Of a stretch of DNA of 49,671 nt, positions 1-10,945 are shown one piece after another (position 1 is the first letter of the stretch; each line of letters begins with the position of its first letter). The notes under the pieces were generated by a model that saw nothing but the letters and a program-made list of their open reading frames with translations, was not told the origin of the DNA and made no database searches. The stretch covers positions 1-49,671 of the forward strand of contig JAXLQJ010000052.1 in NCBI GenBank assembly GCA_046331705.1. The letters run 5' to 3'. Source of the DNA: a bacterium. GTDB taxonomy: Bacteria > JADJOY01. A program made the translations under genes and the position numbers.

Positions 1-40
1 GTGTCTTCGGTGGGGATCGGCAAGCCAGCTCGCCGCGCGC

Positions 41-475
41 TCACTCCGGCAGCGTGATCCCCGAGCCGCCCATCTCCGCGGGGAGATCCTTGAGCTTCGG
101 CAGGCCGTCGCGGACCGGGAGCACGCTTTCCTGGTAGTGGACGTGCAGCGCCGGCTGAAACGGGAAGCTCGGAATCACGGCGGCGAAGACGTCCGTGAGG
201 CCGAAGGTCGGGTGCTCGGTGAGCACGTGGCCGCCGCAATGGATGCACCAACGCCGGAAGCTCTGCGGCGTCTTGTTGTAGGTGTTCATGCTCTCGTTGC
301 CGCGGGTGACGCGCACCTGCTCGGGCTTCCAGAGCGTGAACGCGTTCACCGGCCCGGCCGACCAGCGCCGGCACGAGTCGCAGTGGCAATAGCCCGCGGC
401 GGCGGGCTCGCCCGTCACCTCGAGTTGGACCGTTCCGCAGAAGCAGCTTCCGACGTACGTGTGGGTCGTGGACAT
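41..475 (-). CDS. GFA (glutathione-dependent formaldehyde-activating / CENP-V) family Zn protein
   Basis: GSCFCGTV, CHCDSCRR and RWCIHCG Cys pattern typical of the GFA family; GAGGGG RBS upstream. Confidence 0.9.
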   Translation of the reverse strand: MSTTHTYVGSCFCGTVQLEVTGEPAAAGYCHCDSCRRWSAGPVNAFTLWKPEQVRVTRGNESMNTYNKTPQSFRRWCIHCGGHVLTEHPTFGLTDVFAAVIPSFPFQPALHVHYQESVLPVRDGLPKLKDLPAEMGGSGITLPE

Positions 476-584
476 GTTCGTTTTCCCCTCGGCGCCGAGC
501 CACGGCTCGTGGGCTCGACGCGTTCGTTCGATCCGTGGAACTTCGTGTTGAGGACTGAGGGTCCCGATCAGGATATGCCCGAGC

Positions 585-1016
585 TCAGCGCGCCGCTGCG
601 GCGTGGGCGGGCGCGATCGCCGCGAGGATGCTGCCGCGAACCGGCGGCGACAGGAACGTGCGGCGCAACAGCGCCGCCGTCACCGGCTGGCTGCGGTTCC
701 AGGGCAGCAGCGAGAGGCACCGCGCCAGCGGGCAATAGCCCACCGTCACCATCGCCGTGGTGCCGACCAGCTGGATCCAGTGGAGGATCGCGAGCGGCTC
801 CCACGCACCCGCGAGCAAGAGCGTCAGGTAGGCGAGGCGTACCTGCACGGGAAAGGAGCGTGCGCTGCCGGTGCGCACGCGGAAGTGCAGGGCCTGGATC
901 GCGGTGAGTGCCACTGCGATGGGCAGCGCCGGCGCCCAGCGCGCGAGGCTCGCCGCCACCAGCGGCACGGTCGCGAGCCAGTACCACCACGCGACGTTTC
1001 GGTAGTCGAGGTGCAT
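585..1016 (-). CDS. Small multi-pass membrane protein, function unknown (143 aa)
   Basis: Real gene is the C-terminal part of ORF 585..1898, starting MHLDYRNVAWWYW; GGGGAG RBS upstream of ATG 1016; about 4 hydrophobic segments; GYCPLARC motif. Confidence 0.75.
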   Translation of the reverse strand: MHLDYRNVAWWYWLATVPLVAASLARWAPALPIAVALTAIQALHFRVRTGSARSFPVQVRLAYLTLLLAGAWEPLAILHWIQLVGTTAMVTVGYCPLARCLSLLPWNRSQPVTAALLRRTFLSPPVRGSILAAIAPAHAAAAR

Positions 1017-1033
1017 CTTCACTCTCCCCGTTC

Positions 1034-1822
1034 TCAGCGCTTGCGCGCGTGGAAGTTGACCGCTCGGACGTGGAGATCGCGCGAGACCTTGGTCTCGGCG
1101 GAGGTGTCGCGGAAGCAATCGAAGCGATGGGTGACGCGACCCTCCGTCAGCCCGACCGACGCCGCGATCTCGGGCAGCTCGGATTCCGGCAGCGCGCCGG
1201 CGATGCACGCGGCCCACAGCTCTGGATTGCTGCGCGCCTCGAGGCTCAGCTCGCGCTCGACCACCACGTCCGCCAGGTAGAGGCGTCCGCCCGGCTTCAG
1301 GACGCGCGCGATCTCGCGAAAGACCAGGTTCTTGTCCGGCGCGAGATTCACGACGCCATTCGAGATCACGACGTCGGCGCTCGCGTCCGCCACCGGCAGG
1401 CTCTCGTAGAATCCCGCGCGGATCTCCACGCGATCCGCGAGCGCGGCCTGCGCCGCGGCGGCGCGGGCACAGGCGCGCATCGCCGGCGTCATGTCCACGC
1501 CGATGGCGCGGCCCGCGGCGCCGACGCGGCGTGCGGCGAGCAGCAGATCGGTGCCGGCGCCGCAGGCGTGATCGACGACCGTCTCGCCCGCGTGGAGCGG
1601 CCCGATGAGCAGTGGGTTGCCCACCCCGGCGAACCGCATCGTCGAGCGCAGCGGCAGGCTCTCGAGCTCGAGCGCGTCGTAGCCGAGGAGCTCGGCGGCG
1701 TAGAACGGGCCGCGGTGGAAGTGGAACTCGCCCTCGGGCTCCCGCGCGACCCGGTCGTAGGTCGCGAGGACGTGTTGCCGTAGCCGCGTGGTGTCGAATC
1801 CCGTGGGACAGATGGCAGCCAT
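1034..1822 (-). CDS. Class I SAM-dependent methyltransferase, ArsM-like
   Basis: GVGNP, VVDHACGAGTD, IGVDMTPAM, DVVISNGVVNL, RVLKPGG and WAACIAGAL motifs; GGAG RBS. Confidence 0.88.
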   Translation of the reverse strand: MAAICPTGFDTTRLRQHVLATYDRVAREPEGEFHFHRGPFYAAELLGYDALELESLPLRSTMRFAGVGNPLLIGPLHAGETVVDHACGAGTDLLLAARRVGAAGRAIGVDMTPAMRACARAAAAQAALADRVEIRAGFYESLPVADASADVVISNGVVNLAPDKNLVFREIARVLKPGGRLYLADVVVERELSLEARSNPELWAACIAGALPESELPEIAASVGLTEGRVTHRFDCFRDTSAETKVSRDLHVRAVNFHARKR

Positions 1823-1860
1823 GGTGAGTGCTCCAGGTGATGGGGGTGGTCGCGGTGCGA

Positions 1861-1897
1861 TGCCCGCGCGGCGTGCGTGACGAGCGCCACGCGGGCA
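1861..1897 (-). other. Intergenic RNA hairpin (13-bp stem) after the mddA stop
   Basis: Minus strand TGCCCGCGTGGCG-11 nt loop-CGCCGCGCGGGCA with one G-U pair; no U-tract. Confidence 0.6.
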
Positions 1898-1906
1898 CCG
1901 CCGGCT

Positions 1907-2674
1907 TCAGGCGGCGGCGGTGGCGTCGGCGGACGGGCTCGCGTCACGCCGCTCGATGCGCGGGATGAATCGCGGCACCCGCTCCTGGTACGCGCGGTAG
2001 GCGGCGCCGTGCACGGCGGCCAGATCGCGCTCTTCCCAGCGCACCGCGATCGCGATGTAGGCCGTGGTCGCGACCGCGAAGAGGAGGTGGGTGGCGGTCA
2101 TCGTGGGTGTCGCCCAGAACGCGAGCAGCCAGCCGACGTAGAGCGGATGACGGATGTGCCGGTACGGACCGGGGGTCGCGAACCGAAGCGGTCGGTATTC
2201 GCGACCGCGCAGGTAGGTCCACACCTGTCGCAAGCCGACGAGGTCGAAGTGGTTGATGAGGAACGTCGCGACCAGCACGGTCGCGAAGCCGGTGGCGAAG
2301 AGCGCCTGCGCGATCGTCCGGGCGACGACGCCGTCGAGCTCCCACACGATCCCACCCAGCGGCCGCCACCACGCGAACAGCGCGATCAGCGCGATGCTCG
2401 AGAAGAGCACGTAGGTGCTGCGCTCGATGCTGGCGGGAACGATTCGCGTCCACGCCTTCTTGAAGCCGGGACGCGCCATCACGCTGTGCTGCACCGCGAA
2501 CACGCCCAGCAAGATGAGGTCGGTCGCGAGCGCGGCACCGAGCGATCCGGTGCGCGGCGAGTCGATCGACTTGGGAACGGCGAAGTTCCCGAGGAAGCCG
2601 ATCGCGTAGAGGAACGTGACGAGAAAGAGGGCATAGGCGAGCACGCCATAGCCGAAGGCTGCGATGCGTTTCAT
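1907..2674 (-). CDS. mddA: Methanethiol S-methyltransferase (ICMT/NnrU-like membrane methyltransferase)
   Basis: FLYAIGF, VPKSID, FAVQHSVMARPGFK, IERSTYVL, TFLINHFDLVGLRQV, RHPLYVG, FWATP and WEERDL motifs match MddA; start taken at MKRIAAF. Confidence 0.85.
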   Translation of the reverse strand: MKRIAAFGYGVLAYALFLVTFLYAIGFLGNFAVPKSIDSPRTGSLGAALATDLILLGVFAVQHSVMARPGFKKAWTRIVPASIERSTYVLFSSIALIALFAWWRPLGGIVWELDGVVARTIAQALFATGFATVLVATFLINHFDLVGLRQVWTYLRGREYRPLRFATPGPYRHIRHPLYVGWLLAFWATPTMTATHLLFAVATTAYIAIAVRWEERDLAAVHGAAYRAYQERVPRFIPRIERRDASPSADATAAA

Positions 2675-2726
2675 GACGGATCCCCTGGTGTGTGGTGTGG
2701 ATGTGGCGAACACGCGGGGGCGCTAG

Positions 2727-2743
2727 AGCGAAGCGCGTGCCGA
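2727..2743 (-). promoter_or_regulatory. Sigma-54 (-24/-12) promoter of the mddA operon
   Basis: Minus strand TCGGCACGCGCTTCGCT = GG-N10-GC with GGCAC; about 50 nt upstream of the ATG and next to a sigma-54 activator gene. Confidence 0.7.
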
Positions 2744-2799
2744 ACGCGCACGAACCGGAAACACGAGTGATCTCGGGATGTCGCGGCTCGCGCGGGGTG

Positions 2800-2866
2800 T
2801 CGCGAGGTCGCGAGCTCTCGCGACTCTCGAAATCTCGCGAGCGCGGCTCGCGAGTTTCCGCGAGCC
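2800..2866. promoter_or_regulatory. Putative upstream activator (enhancer) sites
   Basis: Five TCGCGA palindromes (2800, 2808, 2818, 2835, 2848) and a perfect inverted repeat GGCTCGCG-N6-CGCGAGCC (2845-2866). Confidence 0.45.
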
Positions 2867-2958
2867 GATCGCGGGCGTGTCGATCACCGTGCCCGCGCAG
2901 GCGCGCGAACGGACCGGCGCGGCTCGCGCCGAGCTTTCCAGGCGGACTCGGGAACGGT

Positions 2959-4926
<1,968 letters not shown>

Positions 4927-4988
4927 GTGGCGGACCTTATCCGCGTTGTCGCGCGCGCCTCAATCGCAGCGGATCGCGCGGCGCTCCG

Positions 4989-7900
4989 TCACGCCGGGTG
5001 CAAGCCCGGCGTGGACGCGTCGATGCCGCTGGCGGCGCCCTTCGCGCGCCGCGAGAGGCGCGCCTTGAGGCGCTCGGTCACCAGATAGAAGCACGGCACC
5101 ACCAGCAGCGTGAGCAACGTCGACACCACCACGCCGCCGATCACCGAGATGGCCATCGGCGCGCGGACCTCCGCGCCTGGCCCGAGCGCCAGCGCCGGCG
5201 GCACCGCGGCGGCGACGGTCGCGATCGACGTCATGAGGATCGGTCTCAACCGGGTGGGGCAGGCGGTGAGGAGCGCGTCCTCGACGTCGGCGCCCTCGGC
5301 GCGCCGCTGATTGGTGTAGTCGACGAGCAGGATGCTGTTCTTCTTCACGATCCCCATCAGCAAGATGAGGCCGATCACGCTGTAGATGTTGAGCGAGTGG
5401 CCCGCGAGGTAGAGCGAGATCAAGGCTCCCGTGATGCTGAACGGCAGCGCGAGCAGGATCGTGACCGGGTGGAGGTAGCTGTTGAACTGCGACGCCAGCA
5501 CCATGTACGCGACCAGCACTCCGAGCAGCATCGCGAAGCCGAGCGATTGGAAGCTCTCGCGGAAGGTCTGCGCGCTGCCCGAGACCACCAGCTTGTAGCC
5601 CGTCGGCAGCACCTCCTTGCCGATCTTCTCGACCTGCGTGAGCGCCGCTTCCTGGGACGCCGTGGGGGCGAGGTTCGAGAAGATCGAGATCGAGCGCTCG
5701 CGTCCGAGGCGGTGGATGGTGAGCAGCGTGGGGCGCTGCTCGATCTTCACGACCTGATCGAGGCGGACCAGCGAGCCGTTGCTGGAGCGCAGATAGAGGT
5801 CGCCCAGGTCCTTCGGCCGAAGGCGCTGATCGGTGACGAGCCGAAGCCGCATGTCGTAGCGACGTCCGGCTTGCTTGAACTTCCCCATGCGGATGCCGCC
5901 CACCAGCGCCTGCACGGTCTCGCCGATCTGCTCCATGGAGACGCCCAGGTCGGCCGCGCGATCGCGGTCGGGGATGATGCGGATCTCCGGCATGCCCACG
6001 AGGTAGTCGGAGTCGACGTCGGTGTAGACGCCCGTCTGCCGCATCCGCTCCATGATCGCGTCCTGCTTCTGAGCGAGGACGTCGAGGCTCGGGCCGCGGA
6101 TGGAGAACTCGATCGGGCTTCCGCGCCGCGCCGAGAAGCTCTGCAACGAGGGGTCCTGGACGATCGCCGTCAGGTCGGGGATGGAGTTGAGCTCGGCGCG
6201 CAACGTCCCCATCAGGTCCTGCGCGGTCATGGAGCGTCGCTCGCGCGGCGCCATCGTGATGAAGCTGACCGCGGTGTTCACCTCGCCGCCGAACCCGCCG
6301 ACCGACAGGAAGTAGCGGGTGATCTCCGGGTGCTTGGCGAAGATCTGCTCGACGCGCTTGAGGCGCTCGTCGGTGAAGTCGATCGACGAACCGACCGGCG
6401 TCTTGAAGCGGACGAAGACGCGCCCCTGGTCCTGCGGCGGCACGAACTCCTTCTTGAGCCCTCCCACCAGGAAGAGCGACAGGCCGAACAGCGCGATCGA
6501 GCCCGCCAGCACCGACCACGGATGGCGCAGCGAGCCTTTGAGCAGCCGCTGGTAGCCGCCCGAGAGCGAGTGGAAGAGCCGCTCCATGAGCCGGCCCATC
6601 CGCGTGTCGTGGCCCGGATTGCCCATGAACTGGGACGAGCGCATGGGGGTGAGGGTCAGCGCCTCGAAGAGCGAGAGCGCCAGCGCCAGCGACAGCGTCA
6701 CGCCGAACTGGAAGAAGAACTTCCCCATGATCCCCTTCATGAACGCCACCGGAAGGAAGATCACGATCACGGCGAGCGTCGCCGCGAGCGCCGCGAAGCT
6801 GATCTCGCGCGCGCCGTCGCCGGCGGCGCGCACCTTGTCTTTGCCCATCTCGTGATGCCGGAAGATGTTCTCGAGCACCATGATCGCGTCGTCGACCACG
6901 ATCCCGATGGCCAGCGACAGCCCGAGCAGCGTGAAGGTGTTGAGCGTGAAGCCGAGGAAATAGAACGCCGTGAACACCCCCAAGAGCGACACCGGGATCG
7001 CCAGCAGCACGTTCACCGTGGCGCTCCAGGAACCCAGGAAGACCCAGCACACGATCCCGGTGAGCACCACGGCCAGCACGATCGCGAGCTCGATCTCCTG
7101 GGTCGATTCCTCGACGAAGACCGTGCCGTCGTAGTTGATGCCGAGCTCGAGATCCGGCGGCAGCGTCGCCTGGATCCTCTTCATCTCGGCCTTGACGTGC
7201 TTGGCGACCTCGACGGCGTTGGCGCCTCGCTGCTTCTTGATGCCGAGCCCCACGGCCGGCAGCCCGTCGACGCGCGCGATGCGCCGCTTGTCCTCCAGCC
7301 CGAACTCGACACCGGCGACGTCGCGCAGCCGCGTGAGCCGCCCGTCGCGGTTGGCGATCACGATGTCGGCGATCTCCGCGGGAGTCCGCGCCTCGCTCTC
7401 GGTGCGTACGTTGCGTTCCCGCGTCGCGGTCTCGACCCGGCCCGCCGGCAGCTCGATGTGCTCGCGAGCCATGGCGGCGAGCACGTCGGGCACCGTGATC
7501 GCGTTCGCTTCGAGCTTGCCCTTGTCGACCCAGATGCGCAGGTTCCGCTCGCGCAGCCCGCCGAACATCACCTCCGCGACTCCCGGCAGCGTCTGGATGC
7601 GCGGCCGGATCTCGTAGCGGGCGTAGTCGGCGAGCTCGCCTGGCGTCCGCGTGCCGCCCAGCCCGAGCCACATGATCGGGAAGTCTTCCGGGTTGGTCTT
7701 GGTGATGACCGGCGGGTCGAGCTCGCGGGGCAGGCGCCGCTGCGCCTGCGCGAGCTTCGACTGGACGTCCTGGAGCGCCAGGTCGATGTCGCGGCTCAGC
7801 TCGAACTCGACGGTGACGTCGGCCGAGCCCTCGCGCGCCGAGGAGCTGATCTCGCGCACACCCTCGATGGTGGTGAGCACGTCCTCGACCACGTCGACGA

Positions 7901-8087
7901 CGTCGGACTCGATGATCTCGGGAGCCGCGCCCTCGAGCGTGAGCGAGACGTTCACGATCGGAAAATCGACGTCGGGCAGCTCGGACACGCCGAGGCGTGC
8001 GAACGAGATCACGCCGAAGAGCACGATCGCCGCCATCATCATCCAGGCGAGGACGGGACGGCGGATCGAGACGTCGGCGAGAGCCAT
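4989..8087 (-). CDS. RND efflux transporter permease (AcrB/AcrD/AcrF family)
   Basis: 1032 aa; SIRRPV N-terminus, GIVVDDAIMVLEN and GIVKKNSILLVD proton-relay motifs, RLRPILMTS. Confidence 0.95.
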   Translation of the reverse strand: MALADVSIRRPVLAWMMMAAIVLFGVISFARLGVSELPDVDFPIVNVSLTLEGAAPEIIESDVVDVVEDVLTTIEGVREISSSAREGSADVTVEFELSRDIDLALQDVQSKLAQAQRRLPRELDPPVITKTNPEDFPIMWLGLGGTRTPGELADYARYEIRPRIQTLPGVAEVMFGGLRERNLRIWVDKGKLEANAITVPDVLAAMAREHIELPAGRVETATRERNVRTESEARTPAEIADIVIANRDGRLTRLRDVAGVEFGLEDKRRIARVDGLPAVGLGIKKQRGANAVEVAKHVKAEMKRIQATLPPDLELGINYDGTVFVEESTQEIELAIVLAVVLTGIVCWVFLGSWSATVNVLLAIPVSLLGVFTAFYFLGFTLNTFTLLGLSLAIGIVVDDAIMVLENIFRHHEMGKDKVRAAGDGAREISFAALAATLAVIVIFLPVAFMKGIMGKFFFQFGVTLSLALALSLFEALTLTPMRSSQFMGNPGHDTRMGRLMERLFHSLSGGYQRLLKGSLRHPWSVLAGSIALFGLSLFLVGGLKKEFVPPQDQGRVFVRFKTPVGSSIDFTDERLKRVEQIFAKHPEITRYFLSVGGFGGEVNTAVSFITMAPRERRSMTAQDLMGTLRAELNSIPDLTAIVQDPSLQSFSARRGSPIEFSIRGPSLDVLAQKQDAIMERMRQTGVYTDVDSDYLVGMPEIRIIPDRDRAADLGVSMEQIGETVQALVGGIRMGKFKQAGRRYDMRLRLVTDQRLRPKDLGDLYLRSSNGSLVRLDQVVKIEQRPTLLTIHRLGRERSISIFSNLAPTASQEAALTQVEKIGKEVLPTGYKLVVSGSAQTFRESFQSLGFAMLLGVLVAYMVLASQFNSYLHPVTILLALPFSITGALISLYLAGHSLNIYSVIGLILLMGIVKKNSILLVDYTNQRRAEGADVEDALLTACPTRLRPILMTSIATVAAAVPPALALGPGAEVRAPMAISVIGGVVVSTLLTLLVVPCFYLVTERLKARLSRRAKGAASGIDASTPGLHPA

Positions 8088-8129
8088 GGCGCGCTCCTGG
8101 TGCGGTCGGGTGGGACGGTTCGAGCGCGC

Positions 8130-9296
8130 TCAGACCTTCGGTGGCGCGGGCGCCGCGGCGCCGCCGCCTGGGACCACCACGACGTCGGCGCCCTCGAGAA
8201 GCGAGCCACCACCCTTGATCACCATCGTCTCGCCCACGCGCACTCCTTGCTTCACCTCGATGCGGCCGTCCGGTGTCTGGACGCCGATCTCGACCTGGCG
8301 CTTGCGCGCCTTGCCGTCCTCCACCACGTAACCCACGAAGCCGTCCTCGGTGGCGAAGAGCGCCGATTCGGGCACCAGGATCGCCTCCGCGTTGGTGCCG
8401 CGCTCGACCGACACCTGCGCGAAGAACCCTGGCTTGAGCCGCTCGTCGGCGTTCGGGTTGCGCGCGATCACCTCGACGCGGCGGGTGGACGGATCGGCGC
8501 TGCGTGCCACGAAGAACACCTCGCCGCGGAATCGCTCGGCGGGGTAGGCGGGCACGGTGAACTCGATCGATACGCCGGGCGCCACGAAGCTCGATTCGGC
8601 CTCGCGCAACGAGAACCGGATGCGAATGGGCTGGGTGCGCACGATCGACGCGATCACCGTCCCGGGCTTCACGTACTGGCCCGGCGTTGCTTCGCGCCTC
8701 TCGATCACGCCGGCGATGGGCGGGCGGATGACGGCGCGCACCAGGTCGAGCTTGGCGAGATCGAGGGCGGCGCGCGCCTCGCTGACCTCGGCGTCGCGCT
8801 GCGCGACCTGCGCCTCCCAGGTGGTGATCTCCTCCTCCGGCACCCAGCCGGGCTCCTTGTCACGCAGCGCCTTGCGCTTGGCGAGTCCGGCTTCCTTGTC
8901 GCGCAGATCCGCGCTGGCGCGGTCGAGCGCCGCGGACTTCTGCGCCACCGCCATGCGGTAGCGCTCGGGATCGACGGCGACGAGCGAGGTCTCGGGGGTG
9001 ACGCGGTCGCCCTCGTTGAACGCGAGCGGACCGAGCACACCCTCGACCTGCGCGGCGACCTGCACCCAATCCTCGGCTTCCACGCTGCCGGTCGACTCGA
9101 TGCGTGCCACCAGCGGCTCGCTACGAAGCGTGGCGACTTCCACGGGGTACTTCCGTGCCGGTGCCATGCCCGTTGGCGCGGCCGCGCCACCCGCGCCAGC
9201 CGAGGGCGCGCCGCTGGGCTTGCAGGACGCCCAGGCGAGCGCGACGGCCGCCGTCGCCAACGCGCGGCGGAGCGCGCGGGTCTTCGATCGTTTCAT
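8130..9296 (-). CDS. RND periplasmic adaptor (membrane fusion protein)
   Basis: Lipoprotein-like signal (AWASC), IRPPIAGVI, LKPGFFA; lies between TolC and RND genes; start taken at MKRSK. Confidence 0.92.
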   Translation of the reverse strand: MKRSKTRALRRALATAAVALAWASCKPSGAPSAGAGGAAAPTGMAPARKYPVEVATLRSEPLVARIESTGSVEAEDWVQVAAQVEGVLGPLAFNEGDRVTPETSLVAVDPERYRMAVAQKSAALDRASADLRDKEAGLAKRKALRDKEPGWVPEEEITTWEAQVAQRDAEVSEARAALDLAKLDLVRAVIRPPIAGVIERREATPGQYVKPGTVIASIVRTQPIRIRFSLREAESSFVAPGVSIEFTVPAYPAERFRGEVFFVARSADPSTRRVEVIARNPNADERLKPGFFAQVSVERGTNAEAILVPESALFATEDGFVGYVVEDGKARKRQVEIGVQTPDGRIEVKQGVRVGETMVIKGGGSLLEGADVVVVPGGGAAAPAPPKV

Positions 9297-9306
9297 GCCG
9301 GATTCC

Positions 9307-10797
9307 TCACGGTGGCGTCGCGCTGGCCGCGGCCGGGGTCGCACGCTCGATCCCGCCCAGCAGGAACGCCAGGTCGTAAGCGAGGCGCTGCTCGTCGAGC
9401 CGCTCGTTCTCGTAGGCGAGTCGCGCCTCGGTGAGCTGCTGCTGAGCCGTGACCAGCTCCAAGTTGCTGGCGAGGCCCAACCGATACTCGGCCTCGAGCA
9501 GCCGGAAGTTCTCGTCCGCAGAGCGCACGCTCTCCTCGCGCGAGACGCGCGCCGCCGACGAAGCGCGCAGCGCGTGGTAAGCGCCGGCGACGTCGCTGGC
9601 GATGGCCCGTGCCTGTCCCTGGTACACCAGCTCGGCCTGACGCTTCTTCGACTGGGCCTCGCGAGCCCGCGCCGTGGTTCGCAGGCCCTCGAAGAGCGGC
9701 GCGCTCAGATCCACCGTCACGTCCCAGTCGACGTCCTCGAGCGTGCCATCGCGGTGCAGGTAGTAGTTGCCGACCACGTCGAGCCGGGGCGCGTAGTCGC
9801 CGAGCGCCACGTCGAGCACACCTTCGGCGACGTCGATCTGCGCCCGCGTCGCGGCCAGATCGGGACGCAGCCGGTGCGCTTCGTCGACCAGCTCGGGAAG
9901 CGCGCGCGTGGCGAACGTCTTGGGATCGAGCGAGGGCGGCAGGCGCGGCTCCACGAGCTCGCCGCGAATGGGCGCGCCCACCAGCAGCGCGAGCTGGGCG
10001 CGGGTGGCGGCGAGTCGCTCGCGCGCGTCCGCCAGGCCGGCGTCGGTGCGCGCCAGATCGGTCTCGACGAACAGCACCTCGGTGCGGCGCGCGAGCCCGG
10101 TCGCGGCGCGAGCCTCGATCTCGCGCTTGCGCTCGAGGTCGCGGGCGCGCGCCGCTTCCAGCGTGTCGATCGCTCGTTCCGCCTTGAGCGCCGTGTAGAA
10201 GAGCGCGGTCGTTGCCTGGTCCACGAGCAAGCGCTCCGCGTGCAGTCGCGCTTCGGCGACGTCGATGACGCTCGAAGCCTGCGCCAGCGCCAAGTAGCCC
10301 GAGAGATAGAAGAGTGGCAGGCGCCCTTCGAAGCGGCCGGTGCGTTGCTCCACCAAGAGCGCCCCGAAGCGGATGCCGGAGCTCGGGTCGCTCGCGGGAA
10401 AGTCGTTCTCCTCGCGGAAATAGCCCTGACGGTAGCTGACCTCGGGAAGCAGCTCGGCGAGCGCTTCGATGCGCGCGAGATGTGCCTGAAGCAGATCCTC
10501 GCCAGCGGAGCGCAGCTCTTCGCTGGTGGCGCGCGCCCGGGTCAACGCTTGGTCGATGCCGAGCGGCTCCACGATGGCAGCGGGCTCGGTGCGCGCCGTG
10601 GCCGGCGCCAGCGACGGCGCCTCCGCGAGCGGCGCGCGCTGGGCCTCGAGGTCGCGCGAGGCGCTGGTCGCCAGCGGGCGCGCGAGCGCATCGTTCGCCG
10701 CGCGCTCGACCTCGCGCTCGCCGAGCAACGCGCATCCGCTGGCCGAAGCCGCCAGCAGCGCGCACAGCAGCGCGAGAGGCGTGGACGCTCGTTTCAT
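9307..10797 (-). CDS. TolC-family outer-membrane efflux protein
   Basis: Lipobox ASGC, PDLAA, PLFEG, YRLGLASNLELVTAQ; start taken at MKRAS. Confidence 0.9.
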   Translation of the reverse strand: MKRASTPLALLCALLAASASGCALLGEREVERAANDALARPLATSASRDLEAQRAPLAEAPSLAPATARTEPAAIVEPLGIDQALTRARATSEELRSAGEDLLQAHLARIEALAELLPEVSYRQGYFREENDFPASDPSSGIRFGALLVEQRTGRFEGRLPLFYLSGYLALAQASSVIDVAEARLHAERLLVDQATTALFYTALKAERAIDTLEAARARDLERKREIEARAATGLARRTEVLFVETDLARTDAGLADARERLAATRAQLALLVGAPIRGELVEPRLPPSLDPKTFATRALPELVDEAHRLRPDLAATRAQIDVAEGVLDVALGDYAPRLDVVGNYYLHRDGTLEDVDWDVTVDLSAPLFEGLRTTARAREAQSKKRQAELVYQGQARAIASDVAGAYHALRASSAARVSREESVRSADENFRLLEAEYRLGLASNLELVTAQQQLTEARLAYENERLDEQRLAYDLAFLLGGIERATPAAASATPP

Positions 10798-10945
10798 CGA
10801 CGGACCGCGATTCGCGCCGTGGTCACGGTCGCGCTCGAAACCGTCGAAGCTAATCGCCTCGCTCTCCCGAGCCAATCGGGTCGGCGCGCGTGCTCGCGTC
10901 GCGATGCGCGCCGTCTCCCGGCGCCGTTGCAGGGACTCCCGGCCC

